Shown here one piece after another: positions 27,745-37,224 of a DNA stretch of 64,000 nucleotides. The DNA comes from Methanobacteriota archaeon. GTDB taxonomy: Archaea; Thermoplasmatota; Thermoplasmata; RBG-16-68-12. Position 1 is the stretch's first letter, and each line of letters starts with the position of its first letter. The translations under genes were made by a program, and so were the position numbers. The stretch spans positions 39 through 64,038 of the forward strand of contig VBMB01000135.1 of the NCBI GenBank assembly GCA_005878525.1, read 5' to 3'. Under the pieces are notes generated by a model. That model saw only the letters and a program-made list of their open reading frames with translations, had not been told where the DNA came from and ran no database searches.

Positions 27745-29880
27745 CTAGTGCACCCACGTCCCTTCTTTCATGCCCTTGTCGACTTTGAGAGGAGTGCCGT
27801 CCACCGCGAGGGTGGTTCGTGCTTCCCCCTCCGGACTGAGGAAGAGGACGGTTCCATCCGGGCCGACCTGGAGCTTGTACTTCTGAAATTCGGAGAATGC
27901 CAGGATCGGCGCCCCTCGCACCCCGAGGACCTGCGATCCGGCCGGTGCGGCGTCCGGTGGTCGCACGAGGCCGACGTCCGCTTTGTCTTCCCCCGCCAAT
28001 AGCATTCCCCGGCTCTCGATTCCCCGGAGCTTGGCCGGCTCCAAGTTCACGAGGACGACGATTTTCCGACCGCGAAGTTGGTCCTTGGGGTAATTCTTTC
28101 GGATGCCGGCGACGATTTGTCGTCTCTCCCCTCCGATGTCCACTTGGAGGACGTACAGGTTGTCGGCGTTCGGAAGCTCCTGGACATCCGCGATTTGAGC
28201 GACCCGGAGATCGAGGCGGTCCGCGGATGTCTCCTTCGCCTCGCTGAGATCGATCTTGGTGAACAGCGGCTTGCCGACGCGCAGCGCTTGGCCGGCGGGC
28301 ACGTCCTCGAGGGCCCCCTCCCACGTCTGCGAATGGACGTCCGTGTCATATCCGAGCGCCTGCCAGAGACGTGACGAGCTGAAGGGAAGGAACGGGGCCA
28401 TGATGATGGCCAGGGATCGGCTGACCCGCAAGGCGACGTGGAGCACGGTCCCGCAGGCCACGCGATCCTTCTTGACGAGTTCCCACGGCGCCTTCTGGTC
28501 GAAGTACTGATTTCCGAGGCGCGCGAGCTGGATCGCCTCCTTCATCGCGTCCTTCAGGTGAACGTACTCCAGGTTCTGGCCCACCTTGTTCCACTCCTGC
28601 TCGATCGCGCGGATCATCTTCTTGTCCGCGGCATCGAGGAAGTCCGCCGGCGGGACGGCATGGTCGAAGTTCTTGTCCGCGAAGGTCATCGCGCGGTGGA
28701 CGAAGTTCCCGTACACGGCGAGGAGCTCGCTGTTGTTCCGCTGCGCGAAGTCCTCCCACTCGAAGTCCGTGTCCTTGGTCTCCGGCATCGTCGCGACGCC
28801 GTAGTAGCGAAGCTGATCCGGATCGAACCGCTCGAGGAGGTCGGAGAGCCAGACGCCCTTCCCGCGGCCCGCGCTCATCTTCTCCCCGGAGAAGTTCAGG
28901 TATTGCGTGGCCGTCACGTCGTACGGCAGGTCGAGTTTGGCGTCGTATCCGAGGAGGATTGCGGGCCAGATGATCGTGTGGAACACGATATTGTCTTTCC
29001 CGACGAAGTAGTAGTGGCGCGCCTCGGGATCGTGCCAGAAGTCTTTCCATCCATCCGGCTGGTTGCGGCGGCGGTACCATTCTCTCGTCGCGGTCAGATA
29101 TCCCATCACGGCCTCGAACCAGACATAGATCCGCTTCGTCTCGTAGCCGGGAACGGGGACCTCGATGCCCCAGTCCAGGTCGCGGGTGATCGGCCGGTCC
29201 TTCAAGCCCTCCCGGAGCCAGCTCCGCATGAAGGTGAGCACGTGGTGCCGCCAATGTTCTTTGTCTTTCGCGGCCCATTTGGTGAGCGGCGTTTCGAACG
29301 CGCTGAGCCGGAAGAAGAAGTGCTTCGTCTCCTTCGGGATGGGCGTCGTCCCGTGGATCTTGCACTTCGGATCCTTCAGCTCGAACGGATCCAGGAGATT
29401 GCCGCAGTTCTCGCACTGGTCGCCGCGGGCGCGGGGGAAGCCGCAGTGAGGGCACGTTCCCTCGACGTAGCGATCCGGGAGGAACCGCTGGTCCGTCGTG
29501 CAAAAGGGGGAGACCATCACCGCCTCGTAGACGTGGCCTTTCTCCTTCAGCGCAAGGAAGATTTCTTGCACCCACGCCTTATGGTGCGGGTCCGCCGTGT
29601 TCCAGTAGAGATCATAGCGGACGCCGAGCTGCTCGATGTTCTTCAGGTGCAGCGCGTGGTACCGCTCCGCGATGACGTTCGGGGGCACCCCTTCCTCGTC
29701 GGCTCGGACCGTCACCGGGGTGCCGTGCATGTCGCTTCCGCCGACCATGAGGACCTCGTCCCTTTTCATCCGGTGGTACCGCGCGAAAATATCCGCGGGG
29801 ATGAACGTCGAGACCGCGTGGCCGAGATGCCGCGGACCCGACGCGTACGGCCAAGCGACGCAGACGAGGATCTTCGCCAT
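27745..29880 (-). CDS. metG: Methionine--tRNA ligase with C-terminal tRNA-binding domain
   Basis: AWPYASG..HLGH, CxxC knuckles, YVWFEA, GKDNI.FH, KMSAG, C-terminal OB domain (VNLEPAKLRGIESRGM). Confidence 0.97.
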   Translation of the reverse strand: MAKILVCVAWPYASGPRHLGHAVSTFIPADIFARYHRMKRDEVLMVGGSDMHGTPVTVRADEEGVPPNVIAERYHALHLKNIEQLGVRYDLYWNTADPHHKAWVQEIFLALKEKGHVYEAVMVSPFCTTDQRFLPDRYVEGTCPHCGFPRARGDQCENCGNLLDPFELKDPKCKIHGTTPIPKETKHFFFRLSAFETPLTKWAAKDKEHWRHHVLTFMRSWLREGLKDRPITRDLDWGIEVPVPGYETKRIYVWFEAVMGYLTATREWYRRRNQPDGWKDFWHDPEARHYYFVGKDNIVFHTIIWPAILLGYDAKLDLPYDVTATQYLNFSGEKMSAGRGKGVWLSDLLERFDPDQLRYYGVATMPETKDTDFEWEDFAQRNNSELLAVYGNFVHRAMTFADKNFDHAVPPADFLDAADKKMIRAIEQEWNKVGQNLEYVHLKDAMKEAIQLARLGNQYFDQKAPWELVKKDRVACGTVLHVALRVSRSLAIIMAPFLPFSSSRLWQALGYDTDVHSQTWEGALEDVPAGQALRVGKPLFTKIDLSEAKETSADRLDLRVAQIADVQELPNADNLYVLQVDIGGERRQIVAGIRKNYPKDQLRGRKIVVLVNLEPAKLRGIESRGMLLAGEDKADVGLVRPPDAAPAGSQVLGVRGAPILAFSEFQKYKLQVGPDGTVLFLSPEGEARTTLAVDGTPLKVDKGMKEGTWVH

Positions 29881-30124
29881 TCGCGGCGGGTCCAAGAAGA
29901 GAGGCTCATTTAAACCATTCGCGGCCGGGGTCTTCCTCCCGTAGAGTGCGGACGGAACCGGTCCTGATTATCACCGCCTGCAAGTCTTGGCGAATAGGTG
30001 ATGGGAGAACACCGCGATGCGCCGGCGACCGATGGGACGTGGTCCAACGGTGTTGCAGCAGCGCGCGTATCAAGACCCGAACTCGCCTCGAGACTTCGAC
30101 AAGCTCATCTCGAATCTGGGGACG

Positions 30125-30664
30125 ATGCCGCGGATCCTCTGTTGGAAGTGCCGCAAGCTCACGCCGTTCGAACTCGATCGATGCGAGCACTGCGGCTCCC
30201 CGTTCGCCGGGAGCACCGGCGGCGTCTACGGAGGCGACCGCAAATCGCGGCCTCGCGCGACGTCGACGCCGAAGCCGTCGTCCGCGCCGCGGAAGCGCAC
30301 GCTCCTCGAGATCGTGGAAGATCTCCGCCACGTCAACGAAGGGACGACGTCCGTCCGCGGACGTCCGCGGGAGAAAGAGCTCTCCGTCCGGTTGTATCAA
30401 TGCCCCACCTGCGGCCGGTTCGTCTCGGAGCAGTCGACCGAGTGCGTCTGCGGTGTCCGATTCGCCCCGATGTCCGCCGTCACGTTCTCGTGTCCGGAGT
30501 GCGGGTCCCGCGTCCCGTCGGATGTCGGTGCATGCCCGGTCTGCGCCCGAGGCTTCGGCCCCTCGGGCGGAGCCAGTGATTACGTGTATGCATGCCCGCG
30601 GTGCGGGGTCCACGTGACCTCCGAGGCGGTCCGCTGCTCCTGCGGAGCCTGGTTCGAGGACTGA
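30125..30664 (+). CDS. Multi zinc-ribbon protein (four CxxC/CxC double knuckles)
   Basis: CWKC..CEHCG, CPTCG..CVCG, CPECG..CPVC, CPRCG..CSCG; start could be as early as 30017. Confidence 0.75.
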   Translation: MPRILCWKCRKLTPFELDRCEHCGSPFAGSTGGVYGGDRKSRPRATSTPKPSSAPRKRTLLEIVEDLRHVNEGTTSVRGRPREKELSVRLYQCPTCGRFVSEQSTECVCGVRFAPMSAVTFSCPECGSRVPSDVGACPVCARGFGPSGGASDYVYACPRCGVHVTSEAVRCSCGAWFED

Positions 30665-30772
30665 TTCCTCAGAGTATCAGTTTCGAGAACCGTCCAACAA
30701 GCCCTTTATCGTTCGACCGCGTCGATTCTTCTGACGACGGACCCACCCCCGTCGGAAGGAACCCAACCCACG

Positions 30773-31063
30773 ATGAAACCGAAACGCCCCCGGATGTCCG
30801 GCCGGAAGACGTACTATCTCGTCCTCTGGTGGATGTCCCAGACGCCGTACGCGGCGATTTTCGAGAACCAAGTCGCCGCGGAGGCCGCGGCGAACGTGCG
30901 CAACGCCCTCATGGTCACGATGTCGGGCCGCGACGTCAAGGTGGACCAGGTCCAAGACTGGTACCGCCGCGACGAATCCGGCGCGCCGATGCCCGCGGAA
31001 TGGCGGGACCTCGTCGGGCAGATCCACGTCCCTTGGCTCGCGAAGCCGAAACCGTCCCTCTGA
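30773..31063 (+). CDS. Small hypothetical protein
   Basis: Typical GC3 codon use; TATA-like CCTTTATC upstream; alternative start 30794. Confidence 0.6.
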   Translation: MKPKRPRMSGRKTYYLVLWWMSQTPYAAIFENQVAAEAAANVRNALMVTMSGRDVKVDQVQDWYRRDESGAPMPAEWRDLVGQIHVPWLAKPKPSL

Positions 31064-31189
31064 CCGCGGACCGCAGCGGGCCGCACCGCCCCGCGTCCCG
31101 GCAACCGAGCGAGTTCGGATCCGTCTCTATCAATTCGGATAGAGGGGAAGAAACGACTATAGGCTCGTAGCACAGGAACCGGCTCATCC

Positions 31190-31648
31190 ATGGCGTCTTC
31201 GCAAGGCCTCGTCGCGGAGTGCCCGACGTGCAAGTCCATCGTGCCCATCGACGCCCCGGAGTGCCCTCAATGCGGGGAACTGTTCGAAACGGAAGAGTCG
31301 GCCGGGACCACCGCCGCGCCGCCCTCCGCGAGCGCCGAGGGTTCGGCCAACGACGATGACGAGGTCAAAGAGAAGACGGGCTTCCGCGAGAAGTTCCTGT
31401 TCTACGCCGGCATTTTCCTAATCCTGCTCGGCGGCCCGGGGATCGCCCTGGGATCTTGGCTCCACGACGAGCTTCGGATCAGCGTCGGCGAATTCACCGC
31501 GTTCGATGCCTTCGGTCCGTGGAACCGGCTCGTCACCGCGATCGGGCTCATCGTTCTGATTGTCGGCATCGTCTGCTTGATCCTGAGCCTCCGATTCTCT
31601 CGTCCCTCCGACGTCGAAAAGGACCTGAACGCGCTGCGCCAATCGTGA
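31190..31648 (+). CDS. Zinc-ribbon membrane protein (CPTC..CPQCG plus 2 TM helices)
   Basis: N-terminal double knuckle, acidic linker, two hydrophobic segments. Confidence 0.75.
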   Translation: MASSQGLVAECPTCKSIVPIDAPECPQCGELFETEESAGTTAAPPSASAEGSANDDDEVKEKTGFREKFLFYAGIFLILLGGPGIALGSWLHDELRISVGEFTAFDAFGPWNRLVTAIGLIVLIVGIVCLILSLRFSRPSDVEKDLNALRQS

Positions 31649-31749
31649 GTTTCGCGCGCCCTCGGTGGGCTCGACCCCTATATCATTATATACCGTACAG
31701 CGGATGCGAAACGCGGCGGTGGCAGAGGGGCCACCACATGGAGTCGTGG

Positions 31750-31971
31750 ATGGCGTATTCGGGGTCTGGCTTCCGACCTTCGAACCTCCCGGTGGAGGAG
31801 GGGAAGGTGTACGAAGCCAAGATCGAAGACATCGGACGGGAAGGCGACGGACTCGCGCGGATCCAGAACTTCGTGGTCTTCGTCCCGGGGACGAAGATCG
31901 GGGACGAGGTCAAGATCCGCATCACGAAGGTCCACCGACGCATGGCGTTCGGAGAAGTCGTCCGCGAATGA
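31750..31971 (+). CDS. Single TRAM-domain RNA chaperone
   Basis: PVEEGKVYEAKIEDIGREGDGLARIQNFVVFVPG..GDEV...AFGEV. Confidence 0.92.
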   Translation: MAYSGSGFRPSNLPVEEGKVYEAKIEDIGREGDGLARIQNFVVFVPGTKIGDEVKIRITKVHRRMAFGEVVRE

Positions 31972-32095
31972 TGGCGCGCCGGTGCGGGGAGTCGGGGGAG
32001 GCCGAGCGTGAGCCCGGGCGCGCTCCCGGAGCTTCGAAAACCGTAGAATAAGCTCCTTATAGGCGCCGGCCCCCATCGAGTCCAAGGACGGTTCT

Positions 32096-33169
32096 GTGCT
32101 CCGCTCACGGCAGGTTGTCCTTGCGGCCGCCGCGGCCGGCGCCGCCGCGCTCCTCATCGGTTCCACGCTGGCGGTGCTGACGCTCCGGCCCGCCGAGAGC
32201 GACTCGGACGGAGATGGCATCCCGGATTCGGTCGAGGCGGCGACCCAGCGCAACGTCGTCGCGGCATCGGCCGGGAATGAGTTCTCGATCGTGAGCCGTC
32301 TGGCGAGCGCCCCGTTCTCGGATCAGTTCCAGGTGTCGTACGAAGCCGGCACGTTCTTCGTCTCCTATCAGCGGGCCCGAGGAAGCGACAGCTCGTACCA
32401 GCTCGAGCTGAGGAACCTCGTCGAATGGATGGACAGCAACGGGAACAACCGGATCGATCCGGGCGAGACCGTCGGCGTCGGGACGACGTTGGGGACGACC
32501 GCGTTCGCCAACGCCCCCGTCACGAAGACCCAGCTGGAGAGCGCGGATGGCGGGCTCGTCACCGAGTTGTCGATCCGAAGCACCACCGTGAACATGACCT
32601 TGAACGTCACGGTGGCGGAACGGTTCATTCGCCTGTCCAACCATCGAGTCCTGACTCCCATGGAGGTCAAGCTCGACCTGACAGTCGATGGGGTGACCGT
32701 CTCGCCCGGGGCGAGCCTGGGCCTCGACGTGCGCATCAACACGACGAAGAGCCTCGAGTACGGCAACCGGAGCTGGGATGACGTGAACGAGTTCGCGGAC
32801 GGCGAGGCTGGCATCAACGTGACCGGAGGCCCGGAGGCGAGCCCGGCGACCGTGTTCTTCTCCTGGTCCAAATCGGCGATCGCGGACGGTCTCGAGATCC
32901 CCGTGAGCTACTCGAACTTCTCGACCGGGGTTCCGAATTCCTACGAACTGTACCTGGCCTACTCCCTGACCAAGGCCCGGTCCCCAGTGAGGCTCGTCCA
33001 CGATCCGGTCCTCGGCGTCGATAGCGCCGCGTACAAGGGGGTCGTGACACGTCCGCCCGAGCTCCAGGGGGACCTGGTCCTCTACGCGGGGTCGCTCGCC
33101 GCCGCGGTGATCCTCATCGCGCTCACCGTCATCGTTGCGGATCGCCGCCGCAAGAAACGCGAAGAATAA
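32096..33169 (+). CDS. Exported, C-terminally anchored surface protein with DxDxDG Ca-binding-like motifs
   Basis: Signal-like N-terminus, DSDGDGIPDSVE, DSNGNNRID, VHDP.LG, C-terminal TM plus RRRKKR. Confidence 0.75.
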   Translation: MLRSRQVVLAAAAAGAAALLIGSTLAVLTLRPAESDSDGDGIPDSVEAATQRNVVAASAGNEFSIVSRLASAPFSDQFQVSYEAGTFFVSYQRARGSDSSYQLELRNLVEWMDSNGNNRIDPGETVGVGTTLGTTAFANAPVTKTQLESADGGLVTELSIRSTTVNMTLNVTVAERFIRLSNHRVLTPMEVKLDLTVDGVTVSPGASLGLDVRINTTKSLEYGNRSWDDVNEFADGEAGINVTGGPEASPATVFFSWSKSAIADGLEIPVSYSNFSTGVPNSYELYLAYSLTKARSPVRLVHDPVLGVDSAAYKGVVTRPPELQGDLVLYAGSLAAAVILIALTVIVADRRRKKREE

Positions 33170-33218
33170 GGCCGGAATCCTTAACACCCGGGCCCTTTAC
33201 GGTGGGGGGCGGTCCCCA

Positions 33219-33485
33219 ATGGTGGCCATCGAGAACGTTCTCCTCGCGGCCGAATCGGTCTTCGCGCTCGTGCTCACGGTGATTGCGGTCCTTGCCCTCC
33301 GGAGGGCGAAGGACATGCATCTCGCGTACCTGGCCGCGGCGTTCGGCATCTTTTTCTTGAAGGCCCTCGTGTTGACGATTTCCTTGTTCGCCCTCTCGCT
33401 CCCCTCGGGACAGATCTTCCTGCTGTCCGGATCGCTCGACCTCGTGATCCTCGCTCTGTTCTACGGCTTCACTCTGCGGCGCTGA
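33219..33485 (+). CDS. Small 3-TM membrane protein preceding a wHTH regulator
   Basis: 88 aa, three hydrophobic helices. Confidence 0.7.
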   Translation: MVAIENVLLAAESVFALVLTVIAVLALRRAKDMHLAYLAAAFGIFFLKALVLTISLFALSLPSGQIFLLSGSLDLVILALFYGFTLRR

Positions 33486-33500
33486 GCGCCGCGTGGTCTC

Positions 33501-34049
33501 ATGGACCGGGAGATCCTGTCCGTCAAGACCCGGAAGGACCTGTATGACTTCGTCCGCAAGAATCCGGGTTTCCATCTTCGTGAGCTATCGCGAGCCCTGA
33601 ACCTGTCGATCACCCTCGCGGATTACCATCTCCGGTTCCTCGAGAAGCACGAGCTAATCACGTCCGCGATGGATGGGGAGTACAAACGATTCTATCCGCG
33701 ATCGACGCCGGGTCAGGCGGAGGTCCGCGCCGCCCTCACGGAGGCGGAGAAGCAGATCCTCGCGTTCCTGCGGCAGCCGGTGCCCCTGAAGGTGATCGAC
33801 TTCCTTATGGAACGGGAGGGGGCGACCCACAAGGAGATCCTCGAGCAGGTGCCCGTCTCGCCGTCGACCCTCTCGCATCACCTGAAGAAGATGCAGGCCG
33901 CGGGGATCGTCGAACATGCCGACCGGACCGAGCGCCAGTACCGCGTCGTCGACCCGAAGTCGGTCGCGCGCCTCATGACCGCGTACGAACTGGCGACGCC
34001 GGACCAGGTTGACACGTTCATTCGCGTGTGGGGCGAGTTCCGCTTGTGA
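33501..34049 (+). CDS. Tandem winged-helix (ArsR/MarR-like) transcription regulator
   Basis: NPGFHLRELSRAL..LADYHLRFLEK; second HTH SPSTLSHHLKKM. Confidence 0.88.
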   Translation: MDREILSVKTRKDLYDFVRKNPGFHLRELSRALNLSITLADYHLRFLEKHELITSAMDGEYKRFYPRSTPGQAEVRAALTEAEKQILAFLRQPVPLKVIDFLMEREGATHKEILEQVPVSPSTLSHHLKKMQAAGIVEHADRTERQYRVVDPKSVARLMTAYELATPDQVDTFIRVWGEFRL

Positions 34050-34056
34050 CGCGATC

Positions 34057-34554
34057 TCAGAGGATCCGCAGGAGTTCCACCGCGACCCACTCGACGAACT
34101 CCTTGTCCGTTGGCGTGAACGCGTTCAGCTGGTCCGAGTCGATGTCGATCTCCGCGATCGCGGCGCCGTCTCGGAGGATTGGCACGACCATTTCCGCCCG
34201 TGTGTTGATGAAGCACTGGAGGTACCGCGGGTCGTCGTTCACGTCCGGCACGATGACCGTCGCCTTGTCCATCACGGCGGCCCCGCAGATGCCTTCGCCG
34301 ATCGGGATGCGCAGGTGCAGGGTCGCGCTGGGCCCGGACCAGGAGGCGAGGACCAGCTCCGATCCGTCCACGTTGTAGATTCCGACCCACGTGTAGTGCG
34401 GGATCTTCCGCAGCTCCCGGCAGACGAAGTCCGTGATCGGCTTGCGTTGGCTTCCGGAGTGGATGATCTTCTCGAGGCGAGCGGCGACCTCGTCGTAACT
34501 GACCTTGCCCTTCTCGCCGGCCATGACTTCGCCGAACTTCCCGACTCCTTTCAT
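34057..34554 (-). CDS. GAF-domain protein, free methionine-R-sulfoxide reductase (fRMsr/MsrC)-like
   Basis: WVGIY, IPIGEGICG, VPDV..DPRYLQC, EMVVPI, EIDIDS; alternative start 34524. Confidence 0.85.
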   Translation of the reverse strand: MKGVGKFGEVMAGEKGKVSYDEVAARLEKIIHSGSQRKPITDFVCRELRKIPHYTWVGIYNVDGSELVLASWSGPSATLHLRIPIGEGICGAAVMDKATVIVPDVNDDPRYLQCFINTRAEMVVPILRDGAAIAEIDIDSDQLNAFTPTDKEFVEWVAVELLRIL

Positions 34555-34729
34555 CGTGGCGCGCCGCTCCGTCGAACGGCCGAGGTCGCCATAAGGCTTG
34601 CGGAATTTCGTGACAAGGGATTCGCGACCGGCCGTCGCTCCGTTGGAGCAACGACTCAGGACTAGGTTCCGAGCCTCGTTCGAACCGGATGATGAAATGT
34701 TCAAATATCACTGGCCTCTAGGAACGGTT

Positions 34730-34802
34730 ACAAGCATCCCTCCACAACGAGGCCGTTCCCCGGTTTTCTTGAAACGGCGAACGGCCTACCCTTTTTTTCT
34801 TT
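34730..34802 (+). ncRNA. Candidate small RNA, twin 1 (CU-rich 5' seed, hairpin, U tract)
   Basis: TATA-like TTCAAATA 30 nt upstream; ACAAGCATCCCTCCACAACG; stem AGGCCGTTC/GAACGGCCT; T-rich tail. Confidence 0.65.
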
Positions 34803-34887
34803 CGCTTGCCGGATACGTCTTTCCACGGTCCGCCGAGCGACGTCGGAAAACCGTCTTATAGCATTTGTCCATTGTCAGGTCGCTTAG

Positions 34888-34942
34888 ACAAGCATCCCTC
34901 CACAACGAGGCCGTTCAGAATTCCTGGACGGCCCTTTATTTT
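34888..34942 (+). ncRNA. Candidate small RNA, twin 2
   Basis: TTATA 32 nt upstream; first 29 nt identical to twin 1; stem GGCCGTTCAG/CTGGACGGCC with one G.U; TTTATTTT tail. Confidence 0.65.
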
Positions 34943-34960
34943 GTGGCCCATCTCGGTGGG

Positions 34961-35602
34961 CTAGGCCATCGGCGGGATCTTGATTCCGCGGGTGTCGATC
35001 CACACGCGTCGGCCGTCCACGTTCAGGCGGCCCTCCGCGAAGAGCCGTACCGCGAGCGGCAGGAAGACATGCTCCTGCTCGAGGATGCGGGCGGCGAGGG
35101 TCTCCTCCGTGTCGTCCTCGTGGACCGGCACCGCTTTCTGCAAGATGATGGGCCCCCCGTCCACGGACGCATCGACGAAATGGATCGTGCAGCCGGAGAC
35201 CTTGACGCCGGCGGCGATCGCGTCGCGCTGCGCGCGAGCTCCGGGGAACGCCGGGAGGAGCGATGGATGGATGTTGATGATTCGGTTCGGGAACTCGCGG
35301 ATGAAAGACGCCGAGACCAGGCGCATGAAGCCGGCAAAGACGACCAGCCCGACCTCTTTTGCCCGAAGGACTTTCACGACCTCCCGTTCGAAGCCTTCGC
35401 GGTCCTTGCCGAACGGGCGGTGATCCACGACGACCGCAGGGACTTTCGCGGCTTTCGCGCGTTCGAGCACGGGCGCCCCCGGGACGTTGCAGACGAGGAC
35501 CGCGAGGTCGACGTCCAAGTCTCCGTGCTTGCGCGCGTCCACGAGGCTTTGGAAATCCGTGCCCCGCCCCGAGGCGAGTACTCCGACCTTGGTTCGGCCC
35601 AT
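34961..35602 (-). CDS. purN: Phosphoribosylglycinamide formyltransferase
   Basis: [40 protein letters not shown]. Confidence 0.97.
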   Translation of the reverse strand: MGRTKVGVLASGRGTDFQSLVDARKHGDLDVDLAVLVCNVPGAPVLERAKAAKVPAVVVDHRPFGKDREGFEREVVKVLRAKEVGLVVFAGFMRLVSASFIREFPNRIINIHPSLLPAFPGARAQRDAIAAGVKVSGCTIHFVDASVDGGPIILQKAVPVHEDDTEETLAARILEQEHVFLPLAVRLFAEGRLNVDGRRVWIDTRGIKIPPMA

Positions 35603-35611
35603 CGCGGTCCC

Positions 35612-37147
35612 TCAATGTTTGAACAACCGGATTCCCGTGAACACCATGCCGATTCCGTGCTCGTCGGCGGCTGCGATGACCTCGTCGTCGCGGATTGATC
35701 CGCCCGGCTGAGCCACCGTCGCGACGCCGCCTTTCGCGAGTTCGTCGACGCCGTCGCGGAACGGGAAGTACGCGTCGCTGACCGCGACGCTCCCGCGGGC
35801 CGCGGCTTTCGCCTTGTAGCATGCGAGCATGCACGCATCGACGCGGCTCATCTGTCCGGCGCCGACCCCGACCGTTCGCTCCCCCTTGACGAGGACGATC
35901 GAGTTCGATTTCACGTAGCGGCTCACGAGGATCCCGAACAGGATGTCGCGCATCTGGGCCGCGTTCGGCGACACTTTCGTCACGACCTTGAAGGTCTCGG
36001 GACGCGGGGTTGGAAAGTCCGTCGTCTGGAGCAGGACCCCGCCCAGGACGCGGACCATGTCGATCCCGTGGTCTTTCCGGAACGGTCCGCGAGTCCGCAG
36101 GATCAGGAAGGTCCCCTTCTTCTTTGATTTCAGGAGGTCGAGGGCTTGCGGCTCGTACTCCGGCGCGATGACGGCATCGAGGACGTCCTTCCTCATCGCC
36201 TTCGCGGTGGCGAGATCGACGGGACGATTCAATCCGACCACGCCGCCATAGGCGGAGACCGGGTCCGCGGCATGCGCGAGTGGATAGGCTTCGGCGAGTG
36301 TCGACGCCAGGGCCACCCCAGACGGATTCGTGTGTTTGATCACGACGGCCGCCGGTCGATCAAATTCCGTCGCGAGGCGCAACGCCGCATCGAGGTCGAT
36401 CAGGTTGTTGTACGACAGCTCCTTCCCCTGCAACTTCTCCGCGGTCGCCGTCGCGGCGAACGGGAAGGGCTCATGGTACAGAGCCGCCTTCTGATACGGG
36501 TTCTCCCCATAGCGGAGGTCACCGACTTTGTCGTACGCCAGGCGCAGCGCAGGCGGGAGCGCGGTCCCTTGTCGCTTCGCGAGGTAATTGAAAATCGCGG
36601 CGTCGTAGCGGGACGTGTACTCGAACGCCTCTATGGCGAGTTCGTTTCGGAGCTTCTCCGGGATTGATCGGTGTTCCCGGAGCGCGTGGAGGACGTCCGA
36701 GTACCGCTCGGGCCGGACGATGACAGTGACCCGCGCGGCGTTTTTCGCGGCGGCCCGGATCAGCGACACGCCGCCGATGTCGATGTTCTCGACGGCCTCC
36801 TCAAACCCGACGTCCGGCTTCGCCACCGTGGCTTCGAACGGATACAGGTTCACGACGACCATGTCGATCGGGACGGCACCCAGGTCCGCGAGGTCCTTCT
36901 CATCGCCGCGGGGAGCGAGGATGCCGGCGAAGATTTTTGGGTGGAGCGTCTTCACGCGGCCACCCAAGCCCTCGTGGAGCCCGGTGTAGTCCGCGACGGT
37001 CATCACCGGGAGACCCGCATCCTTCAGGGTCTTCGCCGTCCCTTCCGTGCCAATCAATTCGAAACCGATCCCGCGCAAGTCCCGAGCGAACTCGACGAGG
37101 CCCTCCTTGTCCGACACGCTGAAGAGAGCCCGGCGGGGGGAAACCAT
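35612..37147 (-). CDS. purH: Bifunctional AICAR formyltransferase/IMP cyclohydrolase
   Basis: [52 protein letters not shown]. Confidence 0.97.
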   Translation of the reverse strand: MVSPRRALFSVSDKEGLVEFARDLRGIGFELIGTEGTAKTLKDAGLPVMTVADYTGLHEGLGGRVKTLHPKIFAGILAPRGDEKDLADLGAVPIDMVVVNLYPFEATVAKPDVGFEEAVENIDIGGVSLIRAAAKNAARVTVIVRPERYSDVLHALREHRSIPEKLRNELAIEAFEYTSRYDAAIFNYLAKRQGTALPPALRLAYDKVGDLRYGENPYQKAALYHEPFPFAATATAEKLQGKELSYNNLIDLDAALRLATEFDRPAAVVIKHTNPSGVALASTLAEAYPLAHAADPVSAYGGVVGLNRPVDLATAKAMRKDVLDAVIAPEYEPQALDLLKSKKKGTFLILRTRGPFRKDHGIDMVRVLGGVLLQTTDFPTPRPETFKVVTKVSPNAAQMRDILFGILVSRYVKSNSIVLVKGERTVGVGAGQMSRVDACMLACYKAKAAARGSVAVSDAYFPFRDGVDELAKGGVATVAQPGGSIRDDEVIAAADEHGIGMVFTGIRLFKH

Positions 37148-37224
37148 CCCTATTACCGGGTGGCAATGGGGAGAATGCAATTAAGTCTTCGGTGAGTCCA
37201 GATGACCGCGCGCGGGAAATGCCC

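Noticed and set aside
34688..34696. ATGATGA as a C box
   Set aside because: No suitably placed CTGA D boxes downstream
34730..34916. 29-nt direct repeat as a minimal CRISPR array
   Set aside because: Only two copies, 129-nt spacing, no cas genes, and each copy has its own promoter/terminator-like context
34700..34916. Minus-strand mini-ORFs GGAGGG-ATG-CTT-GT (MLV*, MLVTVPRGQ*)
   Set aside because: SD-to-start spacing is 1 nt, the peptides differ, and G.U pairing and U tracts favour a + strand RNA
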